From: Anolis carolinensis
Lineage: Eukaryota
Length of the DNA: 64,000 nt
NCBI RefSeq assembly: GCF_035594765.1
Contig: NC_085843.1
Span: 59,256,201 to 59,320,200, forward strand
Direction of reading: 5' to 3'
Shown: positions 11,695 through 24,810 of the stretch, piece by piece
Numbering within the stretch: the first letter of the stretch is position 1
How the letters are laid out: every line of letters begins with the position of its first letter
Program-made: the position numbers and the translations under genes
The notes under the pieces: generated by a model
The model's input: the letters and a program-made list of their open reading frames with translations, nothing else
Database searches by the model: none
What the model was told of the DNA's origin: nothing

Positions 11695-13525
11695 TTTTTC
11701 TCTCTTTAAATTCTTTAAATTTTTCTAGATACTATAATGAAAGTTTGTTATGATACAAGGGTTTGTCCGTTCTTTCACCTGGATAATGGACCAAATATTC
11801 AAATATTCAAAATATTATATCTATATACAATCAATTTAACTTATATATAAATCAATTAATAAGAGAGGTGAAAATAATTCTAATGTATAATTTTTTTTTA
11901 GATTTAACAATAATTTCCTTTTTTCACACTCCCTTGAATGGTTGTTTGTTTGTAAATTTGTTCTTTATCTTTCTTTCTATGTCTTTTTACCCCCCCCCCC
12001 CAGGTGTAATTAATCACTGAACTAAATTGATGGAATACTTTTAGATATATTTCTACAATAAAGGTCCGTGTACTTCCTTTTATATTGAAGTTATAACATG
12101 CTATTGTATGACCTACCCTTCCAGTACTTCCCTCTAATTAGTCAAATTCGGTAAATTAATCAAATTAATCAATTAATCAAATTAAATCAATTAATCAAAT
12201 TAAATAAATTGATTTTCCCAATGTCCACATTTACTAGTTGTTATCTCCTCTCAAATCCTTCTTTCCCCGCCTGGTTATCCTCATCCTAGTCTGCAGTCTA
12301 TCCGCTGCTCTTCTCTTACTCCTTGTGGTTGCTTGTCTTCTTCTTATCCAGCTATCTATCCCCTCGTCCTTTTGTCACCTCTCCACTCGTCTGCTTCTCG
12401 TCCTCGTCTCTCCTAATGTCTCCCTGTCCCACTGTCTCCACGTCTGCTTCTCGTCCTCGTCCTTCTCGTCACGCCCAGTGTCTCTCTGTATCCCTGTCTC
12501 CACGTCTACTTCTCGTCCTCGTCCTTCAAGCCCCACGCGTCCTCTCCGCGATCTTCCCCTCTTACCGTCTACTTCTTGTCCTCGTCACGCCGCCCGCTAC
12601 AATCTGTTGGTCCAGGCTTCACTGGTCTCCAATCGCCTCCGTCCTTACACTCCATGGATTAAACCTCCTTATACTCTCTCCGTCCCTTTTTCCACTCCAA
12701 TCTCTGGGTGTGTTTCTTCCTTATTGTCTGTTTTAGTCTGTTTAGTCCTCCACTCTCCTCACCCTCTTCTTGCCGGAACTTCTCTTCCCTGTCCTCTTGT
12801 TTTTCTTTACTTCTCTTTGTTCCTCCTTCCGTTTGTCTCTCCTTCTGCTTTCCACGCCTCCTTCACTCCCATCCGGGTCTCCTGAGCTCCCTGTGACGTC
12901 AGACTCGTCAGATTCGTTAGACAAAACAGTGCCTTTCAAGGACGATGCCTATCTCTCCTTTTCACCCAGGCTTGGCATCCATCCAGCAATGGCGAATCAA
13001 ATGTGGAACGGAATATTTTAAGTGAATAAATGATGAAGGTTCGCCTTCCTTATCTGTTATTCTTGCCTTTCCTTTCCTTCACCTCGCCCTCCCGAGATTA
13101 TACGAAGGTAATTACCTTATTTGTCACCGTCTTCCGCTTTCTTTTCTTTTCTTTTCTCTTTCTGCTGGCCGTGAGCTATGGTAGCTATGTTTCGATCCGC
13201 TCTTCAATTACTGGATTTTGTTATGAATTACTTTCTTTGAGTTTTCTTGGAGGTATGGCTAGACGTCTGTTACGGACATCTATGTCCTCTCAGCTCTCCT
13301 GACCTGCTGCCACTGCCCGTCGCCGTCTTCCGTCTCTCAGCCAACCTCCTTGAGGGAGATCAGCGTCAAGATTCGCGGTTGGGGTCTCCGTGGGTTCGCT
13401 GCCTCACAGGACTCAATCCGCCTGTGGGGGGGGGGGGCGAAAAAGCTGCCCTGCCTGGTCTTTGTAGAGCTTGGTGGCCGCGAGCTCCGCGGTCACTCAA
13501 CCAGACGCCATGCTTCCATACCCGG
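11695..13525 (-). promoter_or_regulatory. L1 5' UTR / internal promoter (about 1.8 kb)
   Basis: Lies between the TSD and the ORF1 ATG; CpG-rich start and YY1-like AAGCATGGCG at 13515-13506. Confidence 0.75.
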
Positions 13526-13834
13526 AACAATTTTTTGTTTGAATGTGAATAAGTTAACTTAGATACTTAGAAATTGAGAGTTTTTAAATTATACTTATTT
13601 GTATTTGCAAACAATGTTTTTATATTTATTTTTTTACCTTTTTAGGCTGAACAGAATAACAGAAAATAGTAAATGTTTATATGATTCCCTGCTGATGTGA
13701 TTTAGTTAAAGACTCTTCCCATTGTTTGAATTATTCTATTGTAAACTAATTTTTTTTGGATTTCCTGGTTCTTCATACCTATTGTAATTAGTGCTGATAA
13801 AGCAAATTTATGATGAGAATGAATTAATGAGACT

Positions 13835-13910
13835 ATATTTCTATCCTGCTCTATCTCCCCAGTGGGGGGACTCAGGGAGACTTACAACATATAAAGAGGC
13901 AAACATTATA
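13835..13910 (-). mobile_element. L2-tailed SINE 3' fragment
   Basis: ctatctccccagtggggggactcaggg...aggcaaacatt, as at 42610-42675. Confidence 0.55.
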
Positions 13911-13929
13911 TATACAGTGTGTGTGTGTG

Positions 13930-15300
13930 TGTATATAATGTAATGTGCATTTTTCCCATAAACAACAAAATCACTGAACCAAATTGCATCAAATCTGGCC
14001 ACAAAAGAAAAATAAAGTCCAAATAACAGAGGACGAGGAAGAGACATTCTCCCCCTGACTGCCAGTTAGAAGGGTAATAATAATAATAATAATAATAATA
14101 ATTATTATTATTATTATTATTTTTGTACCCCGCCACCATCTCCCCAGAGGGACTCGGGGCGGCTCACAGATATATAACCAGCATACAGTGACATCAAATA
14201 CAAATATCAAATACGAAAACACACAAAGAAATTTAAAAGGCATTAAAAAAATCACAATCATTATAAAACACATGAAAAACAGCAATAAAAACATTAAAAA
14301 CATAAAATGATCTGGGCAAAGTGCACTGAGTGAAACTTGTAAACAAGAAGGAAGTTAAGGGTAGGCCCCATCCCCTTTAGGCCTCACTCACTTCGTGTCC
14401 TAGCACTCCCTTAGCCACAATGGCTGTGGGTTCACTTAGGCCTCTTCCACACTGCCTATAAAATACAGATTATCTGATTTGAACTGGATTATATGGCAGT
14501 GTAGATTCAAGGCCCTTCCACACAGTTATATAACCCAGAATGCCAAGGCAGATAATCCACAGTATCTGCTTTGAACTGGATTATCTTGAGTCCACACCGC
14601 CATATAATCCAGTTCAATGTGGGTTGTGTAGAAGGGGCGTCATATAATCAAGTTCAAAGCAAATAATATAAGATTATAAATATAATATATACAAATTACT
14701 GTGGTATAATAAAACAGAACAATATAATCTCTAAAATCAGGACAGTGAAATAAACAACCACACTCTGAAAATGGGAATTCCAGACAGGAAACAATCAGGG
14801 CCAGCTAACATCTCCCAACAAAGAATTCCCCCAAGGAAGAAGCAGAGGGGAGAGAAAAGTAGTGTGTATTATCAGAGTTGTTGTTGTTGTTGTTGTTGTT
14901 GTTGTTATTATTATTGTGTTGCTGTGAACCATGAAAATGAACACAATCTGGCTCCAAGTATAAAAAAAACTCTAAAATCAGAACAGTAAATAAAGAACAA
15001 CACACTGTAAACAGGGGAATTCCAGACAGGAAATAATCAGGGCCAGCTAACACCTCCCATCAAAAGATTCCCCCAGGGAGGAAGCAGACAGACTTTGAAG
15101 CTGAAAGGCCATTACATGCTAATCATTCTGGCTAATTGCAGCATTCATACTTCCTTCCAACAGAAAAAAGGAACAACCAGAAATATTGTATATTCACAAG
15201 CTTTAGGAAATACTATATACTAACTACCATCAATTCCTCAATATTTTATATCCCATACCACCACACATTGCCATAGCAGCATGTGGCTGGGCACAGCTAG
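13930..15300 (+). mobile_element. Non-autonomous Helitron with captured TE fragments (5' boundary approximate)
   Basis: 3' signature: imperfect hairpin gccatagcagcatgtggc (15270-15287), then CTAG (15297-15300) followed by T; mosaic interior. Confidence 0.65.
14076..14305 (-). mobile_element. L2 3' end with (TAA)n/(TTA)n tail, nested in the Helitron
   Basis: ccccgccaccatctccccagagggactcggggcggctcaca next to the microsatellite. Confidence 0.65.
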
Positions 15301-15466
15301 TGCCATATAAAAATGCAACATTGCATAAACCTAAAGATATAACCCAATTCTGTTTCAGTAATACTGCACTGAAAAGCATTTCTGTGGCTTATTTCTTATT
15401 CATAATTTTTTGGAATTGATAAATAGCAATTTGTGTTGTGATTTGGGCAGGGATATTCTCATCATT

Positions 15467-15785
15467 GGAACCCCGGTGGCTCAGTGTGTTAAAGCGCTGA
15501 GCTGCTGAACTTGCAGACTGAAAGGTCCCAGGTTCAAATTCGGGGAGTGGAGTGAGCGCCCACTGTTAAGCTCCAGCTTCTGCCAACCTAGCAGTTTGAA
15601 AACATGCAAATGTGTGTAGATCAATAGGTGGGAAGGTAACAGCATTCCATGCAGTCATGCCAGCCACATGACCTTGGAAGTGTCTACGGACAATGCCAGC
15701 TTTGGCTTAGAAATGGAGATGAGCACCAACCCCCAGAGTCGGGCACGACTGGACTTAACGTCATGGGAAACCTTTACCTTTTACC
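15467..15785 (+). mobile_element. Sauria SINE
   Basis: tRNA-like head (ggtggctcagtg, ggttcaaat), body gccaacctagcagtt, (ACCTTT) tail; TSD tattctcatcatt/tattctcataatt. Confidence 0.92.
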
Positions 15786-15849
15786 TATTCTCATAATTAC
15801 AATATTGTAATTAATTCAAAATTGTAAAATAGTATTCTGCATATATTAA

Positions 15850-16101
15850 GTGAGAGGGTCTTTTCAATGACTGTCCCAAGTTTCTGGAACTCCTTTTCCA
15901 GGGAAGCCAGAATGGCCCTCTCCTTGTTTTTCTGTGGACAGGAAAAGCCTTTCTAAAAAACAACTCAACAGAAGTTTTGTACTAAAGGTTTTGAAGGAAA
16001 AACCTTCAGATTTGCTGTATCATTTTTATTGAACTGTTTTTAATTACTTTTTCATCGTATTTAGCTGTAGATCTTGAATGTTTCTAATGTGGCTATTTTA
16101 A
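15850..16101 (+). mobile_element. Degenerate L2 3' fragment running into the gap
   Basis: gagagggtcttttcaatgactgtccc...tggaactcc resembles the L2 end at 30955-31060. Confidence 0.5.
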
Positions 16102-16274
16102 NNNNNNNNNNNNNNNNNNNNNNNNNNNNNNNNNNNNNNNNNNNNNNNNNNNNNNNNNNNNNNNNNNNNNNNNNNNNNNNNNNNNNNNNNNNNNNNNNNN
16201 NNNNNNNNNNNNNNNNNNNNNNNNNNNNNNNNNNNNNNNNNNNNNNNNNNNNNNNNNNNNNNNNNNNNNNNNNN
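16102..16274. other. Assembly gap
   Basis: N run. Confidence 1.
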
Positions 16275-16744
16275 TGCCCTATCTCCCCAAGAGGACTCAG
16301 AGCATATTCCAACAAACAAAGAGGCAAATATTCAATGCCTCAATACAACAACAAATGCAACAACATAATAACACAAAATAACTTAACATATAAAAACAAG
16401 TTATAACATGACACCTAAACTTAAATAAAATGTAACCTATTAGATAAATTGTGTCTAGCCTAAAACAAGAATATCAAACATCCACATCAATTTACAAAAG
16501 CCGATGAAGGTTGATTTCGGAAACACTTTAAAAGCAATTTCCCCATCACCACCCCCTAATTTCATAATGAGTATTGAAACATTTTTTAAGTTGATCACAC
16601 AGGTGTATTGAATATATATGTTACCAGATAATAATATTAAAATGAATTTTTATTTATAGTAAGACTGACTGTGTTATTCTGCCCAACTATTTTGATTTTC
16701 AAGATCTTATGCTATAGAAAATTAGCAACCCATTTCTATATGAG

Positions 16745-16788
16745 ATGGATGGATGGATGGATGGATGGAAGGAAGGAAGGAAGGAAGG
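16745..16788. repeat. (GGAT)n(GGAA)n microsatellite
   Basis: Direct reading. Confidence 0.95.
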
Positions 16789-17714
16789 ACCAATGACAAA
16801 CTTTTAAAATCATTTTTTCATTCGGTGCAGTTTGGCTTGTGCTTTTGAGGTTTTATGGATTTATTTATTTATTTGAATCACTACTGAAATGAATGGGAAA
16901 AACTAACTTTACCAATGAGGTGTCCAGTCTTAGGGTTTGCCAGGGAACTGCTAGTATTTTGCTCCAGTAACTCTGAACCTGTTTTTTTTCTTTTTCTTGG
17001 AGTACTCTGTTTTGAAGATGTTCTCTGATTAAAATGCCACTATAAGTGTTCCCAAGGTACAGATGATCCCATGCCAAGCGGAATACCCCAAGCCTACTCT
17101 GACTCCCACTGACCAGTGAATCTGAGATTTAGGATTGTCATCTGCCTTAAGTCTGTGGCCTAAATCCAATTGTTAATTCTAACTACATCGTGGGATGGAA
17201 GCCAGCAGGATCTGTGGCAAAAATGAATAGCAACTGGTATACACTGCCAACTTTTAGCCCATCTGATGTTATCGTAAATATCCTGTTAGGATAACAGCAG
17301 CTAGGCTTGGCTTCTACTTCTTAGGTTCCAACATTAGAAATTCTTTTTAATGTTATAAAAAATAAGTCTTTTGTGTGGATGGTGGAATTCATTTATAAAT
17401 CTCTTCTTTGCAGTTTCTTTTAGGTTTTTTCTTCTCTGCATTGTTCTGCAATAGTTCATACTCCTTTTGACAATCTATTAATATTTTCCTTAATATTTCT
17501 AAACTCATTTCCTATTATTCTTTTCCAACAATCTGAATCATTCCTCATTGAAAATCAAATTAATTTAGGGTAGCAATGCACATGACCTGCATTTTTTGTG
17601 AGTAATTTGTAGCTTGGATTATCTGTTGGAGACAGGTGTTTTCCTGCCACCCACAGGCATTTTGAAGCAGGTAATTCTGCCTGTTACGCCAAAGGTGACC
17701 CAAATTATGCACCA

Positions 17715-17800
17715 AGCACAACCCTGCATCCGCTTACCTGTGAGTAAAACTCATTGGAGTCAGTAGCTCTTACTTTGGAGTAGACGTGCAGGAGATAGTG
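17715..17800. repeat. Old palindromic DNA-transposon-like repeat (related copy at about 63880-63955)
   Basis: cttacctgtgagtaaaactcattggagtcagtagctcttactttggagtag, loosely self-complementary. Confidence 0.4.
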
Positions 17801-18784
17801 CTGTCAGTGGACAGGTTAGTGTAGTGATAAATACAGTATCATGATAAGGTGCTATTTATAATCAAACACTGCTTGCATTTTAAATTACCACTATTTCTCA
17901 TGCAAAGTATAATGAAGGATAATGCATGTACCTTTCGAGCTCATTTTGAGTTTCAAAACAAGCTACAATGCAATCACCTGTTAATCTTTTCATCCCATGG
18001 GGTTTTCTACAAAAAAGCTAATATCTCTGACAGCTCCTTGTTTATTTTCAGATTCATACACCGCTTGCCACTTACGACCTTGCAAGCAGATTCACACCTT
18101 GCAAAGTCCCTGACCTTGTAGTCATTAAAATCCAATCACACACTGGGCAGGTTTCCATATTCATTAGGACAGCAAGAAGATAGATTTGAACATACCTCTG
18201 AAGTGACCAATACATTCATCAGCCAATTTCCATCTTCTTCAACAATTCCAGCTTGCTTAGGGATATTACGAGATTAATTGACACTGAAAATCTTTTGCAC
18301 CTAAACACTAGCAATGTTGAGCAGATGCAATATGTTCCTAATTAAAAGGGCTGTGATCAAACATAAGTTGTCAATTATACTTTGTCCTGTGAATACCTGC
18401 ACAAAGTTAGAAGAACAATCACCTTTGTTTATCCTTTTGATGTAGCAGCCAGCAGGGCCTTGAAAGAAGAAATGACTTGCCATAATAATTTAAAACTGTG
18501 TAATGCTTTCCACAGAAAATCAATGTAGGACTTTCACATTTGTGGGAGGTGCATATTTATGCAAATGCTTTTTGAAGCCCTTTGAGCAATGCCACATCTT
18601 ATGACGTTGAGGTAGCAGTTGTTCTTAATTCCACTGTGGCATTGTGTTGCCCGAGATACCGAATCTCCCAAGTAATAATATGCAACAAAACTGAGAATAT
18701 CAGGTTTGATAAAGTCAAAAGGATCTTTTAAAACAGAAAGTGTACTGACACTGGTGAAATTTATGCTACTGATAATGGCCTAAA

Positions 18785-18940
18785 TTCAATTATATACACA
18801 ATATTTTAATAACTTTGTACATGAAACAAAATGTGTCTACACTGAACATCAGAAAGCACAGATGTCACTCAGACAGTCATGTAGCCAGTTTGGGATTTTG
18901 GTGGATTTCAGAATTCTGGATAAAGAATATTCAACCCATG
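18785..18940 (-). mobile_element. Tigger4/MER46-like fragment
   Basis: aatattttaataactttgtacatgaaacaaa...catcagaaagca is the reverse complement of about 45645-45710. Confidence 0.6.
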
Positions 18941-21900
18941 TTGACTTAAGATAGTGCTTTCACTCCTAAACCAACCCTTCACTCCTATTGCTTTCATTGA
19001 AAGGATTCCGGTTTCACTAGAGAAAACATACTTCAGTTGCATTGCCAATGAGCAGGCCTTCTTTTGCCTGCCAGCCAGCCATCTGCATGATCAAGCAGTG
19101 TTTGGATCTTTGGCTAGAAAGAGGCTCTCTATTAAATTTAGTTATGCATTTATGGGCACAGTATTTCCTTTGAATATGTTTTTGGGAGGCAGGGTGGTGG
19201 AATAGTCTACTTACAACCTGGAATTATAGGTAGCTAAAATGTACAAGATATGTCATTGATTTTACAAGATTGGCTCTGCTAAATGGGCATTCCTACTCTG
19301 TTCATCAGTCCAGGAGAGGGTAGTGATAAGTATAAAAAATGGAGATTTAATATTCTATAGTATATCTAGAGAAAAGGTCGTTCCATCTTCTACAAAAATC
19401 TGTATAACAAATTCTGGTTTGTATTCTTTTTTTGCCATTCACACAGAAGCCATGATCTACAAAGAGAAATGGCCTGGTTTTGATTTCATGCACCATGTAT
19501 TTTCTAAACACCTGCCAAAAATGATGAGAGTTAGGAAACTTATGGGCAGATGTGACAATTACACATCCTAACCCAGAGCAAACTTGACTTGTCCTACTGC
19601 CCATTCGCTGTCTGCATGTTTGCAGAATGTAACTGCAAAATAATCTCAGAATACACCTAAACACTGATAGTGCTAATATTTATATTTGTCAGATACACAA
19701 ATGGCAAATAAGAATTTTCATTTTCTTTTCAGTTACTTACACATTTGAAAGAATTGGGTTTGAATCATAATGATGTCTCTGACCTTTTCATCTTTTCTTT
19801 TTCTAAAAAAAGATGAAATTGAACTATATATATAAATCTGCCCATAAATCTTTAATTTCTAAATGACAGTGAGTAAAGCTTTTCTTATTATGCTGGGGAT
19901 TAGTGTGCATTGATTTCAGGCGCACTATCTAAATGTCCATGGGTCACTGCCTGGATAATTATCCATATAATCTTACATATCCATGTGCTGTTCAACAACC
20001 AATGTAGCTGAAAGAGCAAATAAAGAGACTACCAAAGCAAAGAATCAAAGAGAAAGGAACAGGGAAATTGCAGATGGAAAGTGAATCCCAGTGATTATAT
20101 CCAAGTCCTGTAGGCAACCTCTTTGTATGTAGTAAAAATGGTCTGTTTTTGAAGAATAAATGTTCCCCAGAGTGTAGATAATTTTCCAGGTGAATCAAAA
20201 TTAATCCCAATAATACAAATTCCATAATCCTAATCATGCTTCATCACCATCATAAGGGACATGAACACCCTATAATTCTTATTTTGTTGTATTACACTGA
20301 ATCCCTCCTGTATTTCCTTTCCATCCTTTCTTAATATTAGGTTGGAAGATTTTGTGTATTTTTTTCTTAGTAAAAATTGAGTGTATTTCAATACATTTTC
20401 ATGTTTTGTGTATGTTTCCATGTAAACCTGGAAATATGTGAATCTTGGATCTTGTCCAGTTTTGGAAATATGGCAACTTTTCACCACAAAATAGTGTGAA
20501 ATTGTACGCAGAAATGTGCATATTTCCCTTCACCTATATCCATTTGAAACAAACCACCCACAGATAATAGTCTAGTTGGTACAGCATGCAAGTTGATGCA
20601 CACATTCAGATGCACCCAAATGCATATCATATTGAAAGCATCCCATTGTTGATGTTTTCTATTCATGCTTTCATGGATCCATTCAGTATACCACAAGTGT
20701 CAATTGGTATTTTAATCGTGGTTGTCTCCACTCTCCACTGGTGTTCTAACCACTATTCTGCACATGCATTATTTTTATGGAATATATTCATATTCCATTC
20801 AAAATATCATTGGTTATTATTGTTTATTGGCAGAAATTAATTTAAAAGAGAAAAAAGTCACTAGCAGGCAATGGGATACAGTGCTGAAAAAGGGGTTATC
20901 TAGATTGTTGAAACAATTGCAAATTCTTCTTCGCATATTGAAAGTGGGCTTAATAGGAAGATGAAATGTTTCTGTCTCTCACTAAAACCTCATGGACTAA
21001 CCTGGGAGAATCTCCTCCCCATCATTTTGAGGTGAACTCCCTTCCTATTTGTTTCATTAACGACCACTTCTTCTAAATTATTAGGGGCATTACAAGTTAA
21101 ATATAGATTGTTCCATGTTCAAAAGATATGTGTATCAAAAGATATTAGGCAACTGATATAATGATGACTTGTATCTTGAAGCTGAACAGACTATTAGCTT
21201 GTGAACCATGAGTATCATTTCCTTTGTAATGCTCTTGGCATCAATACAACATTTCGTTCATCATTAAATGTGTATATATTCATATTTATATTAATAGGGA
21301 CAAGGGTTTGCTCCTTAATTGCTTAGGTACTGAGTAATAAATGTCCCCACCCCTTATTGTGTACTAATTAGGTATTTGAATACAGTATAGGAATGAATAA
21401 TTTGCAAAGTGTTGTATGTATGTTTTCTGTGATCAGGCATTCTAAACTGTACAAAACCAAATGACTTACTATCTACATTTTATGTGTCTTGAGAGCACAA
21501 TACATAGTGAAGGACAATATTTTCTAACATGCAAAGAAGAGTTAGTAGCCACATTATTGGCAACATAAAAAAGTAAAATATGTTTCATCCAGTAAAATTT
21601 ATTTGGGGAAATTCTGCATTTAGTTCATGTATTTTTTATAGCAGAACAGTCAATTTAGAAGGTTGTTAACAGAAATCTGATACTCCGATAACTCATGACT
21701 GCTTAATAGTAACATCAGAATAAGTATCCTATTGCTTCTGGCTATCTACTTGCAACCTAAGTCTAGAGTTGGAAATTTGAGCAGCTTGGAGGGGATTTTG
21801 CCTGTGAAATTAAAACCAAGTATATAAACTAGTTGTTGTTGTGTGAACAACACTGTCCTACTTACCTGATGTAGCAAGCCTTTCCCAAAATATGCCATAC

Positions 21901-22249
21901 AAATAAATTGGCTGATAACATAACCTCAGTAAAATTTCTAGTGGTAGCACTGGTCCAAAATTGTCAAACTAATAGAAGCCATTTTGCAAACGTTAAATGT
22001 CTAATTCATTTCACTCTTTTTATCCCAGAACTGGCCTGGACCCTAACCAGCTCCTGCTACACTACCAATGCTCTGAATGATCTCTAAAGTTCTGTTCTGA
22101 ATAAACCTGCTAACTTATACCTCCAAGAGGTAGGCATTTCATAATCAGGAACCACCACCCCATGTCTTCCCACTTCCTTTATTGCTGGAGCGTAGGGTTC
22201 CAACTTCATCTTCTGATTTATGGCATCCCTAAGACAAACTTTTTACAAG

Positions 22250-22360
22250 ATCATGTTGACTTGTTCAGGTTCAACCAGTGGGTTTTCATGTCTGAGCAGG
22301 GAGTTGAATCTTGGTCTATAGGGCAGTCCAACAATCAAAACATTGCATCACACTGGCTCA
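22250..22360 (-). mobile_element. Old MIR/CORE-like SINE fragment
   Basis: tgacttgttcaggttcaaccagtgggttttcatgtctgagcagggagttgaatc. Confidence 0.45.
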
Positions 22361-23289
22361 CTTTCTGTTCTTGAACAGCTATATATATAAGGTGTTAAGT
22401 ACTGAAGGTCCAAGCCTTTTGATGCTTTAAATGTTATTACTAGCACCCTGATTTAGAATGAAAAACAAATTAGCAGATAATGCAATTCCTTTAAGTCTAG
22501 TGTTATGTATTATCTACATGGTCGGCTCTGGTCAGCAATGTTGCTGTTTCATTTTGCACAAACTATAGTTTCTGAATCATCTTTAAGAGCAGCCTCGTGT
22601 AGCATGTTTTACAATAGTTCAGCGAGGCAGTTTAAGGACTGCTATATCCAAGGTCCTCATTGCATGAGGTTCTTTCCTGCCACAAATATTTTTTTCTCCA
22701 AAAAGTGCTAATGAATTAGGATTGTTCTCTTTCCTTTCACACCTTAGAAGCCATTCTGGGATTATAGTGTTCATTTGCTCAAAAGTCATATTGCACACAG
22801 CATTTGGGACTATCCATCTACCACCACATCCAAAACATTATTTTCACCCCCTTTTCTAGTTATGTGTATGTGGATGCACACATATACATGGAGATCCCCC
22901 CCCTTTAAAAAGGCATTTGTTCCCTTGTGGGAGAGGGCTTCCTGACTGAGGTAAGACATGATTATGTCTGAAGGACAAAACCTCAACAAAGTAGCAGAGG
23001 GTTGATGAAATAAATGCTTTTTAAAACTGTAAAAGTCTTTTGGCTTTACTTATTACATTTCAAGGTGTATGTGTTTAAGAGGGGGTGGGGAGAGAATGAG
23101 GTGTTTCTACACCATGGCAATAGAACATTGTAGTGTGTGACACAGAGAGAAAGGTAGAGGCAACAGGAAGCAAAGTTTTGGTTTTTCTGACAAGTTCCAG
23201 ACAGAAGGGAGGAAAGTTTTATTTTTTCCTATAGGGTTAAAAAGTTTCTGAAGCATTGTTTCTGCATTTGTGTTTACTTGTATGCATAG

Positions 23290-24570
23290 ATTTATAGAAT
23301 CTTAGAATTAGAAGGGGCCTCATGGGCCATAAGGTTCAATGCTCTGTTAAGTTCAGGATCTCCAGCTAAAGCTTATTCAGTACATAGCTGTCCGGACCCT
23401 TTTTGAAGACATCTTGAGACAGAGACCTCACCACTTTTTCCATTGTAGAACCTCCCTTACTATCAAGAAGGGATCTATTTAACAGTATTTTCTCTATTTG
23501 ATATTTAATCACTTTGCTAATCAAATTGTTACATGAGACTTTGTCAAATGCTCTGCTGAAATCTAAGTAAGTGATATCCACTGCATTCCCATTTTTTAAA
23601 ATTTCTTTCTTTATTTCATACATTTATATCCCATCCTTCTTACCCCGGGGGAGGGGGGGGGACTCAGGGCAGCCTCACAACCGGTAACCATTAGATGCCA
23701 ACACATATAATTAAAAACAACAATTACAGATAAAACAAATAATTAAAAACATCAAGCATGAAACATCAATTTAAAATTGCACAAGTTCAAAGCCATAGTG
23801 CAGGTCTGTCGATTATCAATCATATCAATCATTCTCGTTATTATCGCTGCATCTACAGTTCGAATGCTTGATCCCACAACCATGTTTTGAGTTTTTTCCT
23901 AAAGGACAGGAGGGAGGGGGCCTACCTGATTTCATTAGGAAGGGAGTGGCACAGATGGGGGACCACCACTGAGAAGGCCCTGTCCCTCATCCCTACCAAT
24001 CGCACTTACGAAGGTGGTGGGATCAAGAGCAGGGCCTCCACCAACTATCTTAACCTTCAAGGTGGATCATTGAGGGAGATATGTTCGGACAAGTAAGTTG
24101 GGCCAGAACTGTTTAGGGCTTTATAGGCTAAAGCCAGCACTTTGAATTGTGTTCAGTAGCAGATTGGCTAGCAGACTGGCAGCAGATTTTCTACAAAACT
24201 AGTGACCTGATTTTAAAATTGAAGATTAATTTGAAAGGATTTGTTTTAGACAAACCTATCCTAGCTCCTATTGAACATTGCATTTCTATCAAGTTATTTG
24301 CAGACAGATTCCTATGTAATCCATTTTAATATTTTTTCCTGGCCAGGTTGGCTGGCTTATCATTTTCTAGGACTTTTTTCTGCCTTTTCTTTTTACAAAG
24401 AGAAGGACATTTGCGCTTGTACCAGTTCTCTGTTACCTCATCCACTCTCCAAGAAATTATGGCAGGTAGTTCTTGATATGTGTTTGCAAGTTTCTTCAAT
24501 ACCTTGGGATACAGTTCAACTGGCCTTGCTGATTTGAATTCATTTATATTACCTAGATGATTCCTGACAC
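23290..24570 (-). mobile_element. CR1 LINE remnant interrupted by an L2 fragment
   Basis: CR1 tail near 23290; RT motif VDITYLDFSRAFDKV (ORF 23366-23623); degenerate upstream RT KSARPVELYPKVLKKLA (ORF 24326-24613). Confidence 0.8.
23610..24185 (-). mobile_element. L2 LINE 3' fragment
   Basis: Reverse-complement homology to 30780-31350 (ctttagcctataaagc, ttctcagtggtgg, gccctgagtccc). Confidence 0.85.
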
Positions 24571-24761
24571 ATAGTATATAACACATATAACTACTTCGCA
24601 TGTTACAAACCATTTAACCAGCAATCCTCAAGTATCCTTACTATGTGACAACCTGAACAGTGCTGTAACATTTTTAGTGAACAAATATCCAATGGTTCAA
24701 AATGATAGAACTGATTGGGTTGCTGTGAGATTTCAGGGCAGTATGGCCATATTCCAGAAGC

Positions 24762-24810
24762 ATTCTCTCCTGACATTTCACCCACATCTATGGCAGGCAT
24801 CCTCAGAGGT
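24762..24810 (-). ncRNA. Minimal PLE hammerhead motif (decayed)
   Basis: Minus strand CUGAGGA-UGCCUGC cauagau GUGGGU-GAAA-UGUC-AGG. Confidence 0.6.

Larger units (their letters stand above)
6618..13525 (-). mobile_element. Full-length L1 LINE (about 6.9 kb)
   Basis: TSD aacaatttttt at 6607-6617 and 13526-13536; A-rich tail and AATAAA (reverse complement of 6640-6645); ORF1, ORF2 and a CpG-rich 5' end. Confidence 0.97.

Noticed and set aside
12238-12885. 215-aa plus-strand ORF antisense to the L1 5' UTR (ORF0-like)
   Set aside because: TTG start and low-complexity L/S/P/V content; several overlapping frames are open because the pyrimidine-rich strand lacks stops
15467-15545. tRNA-like A/B boxes (also 63391-63466)
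   Set aside because: SINE heads followed by SINE bodies and TSDs, not tRNA genes
16061-16406. ORFs containing X runs (also 52288-52501)
   Set aside because: Artefacts of the N gaps
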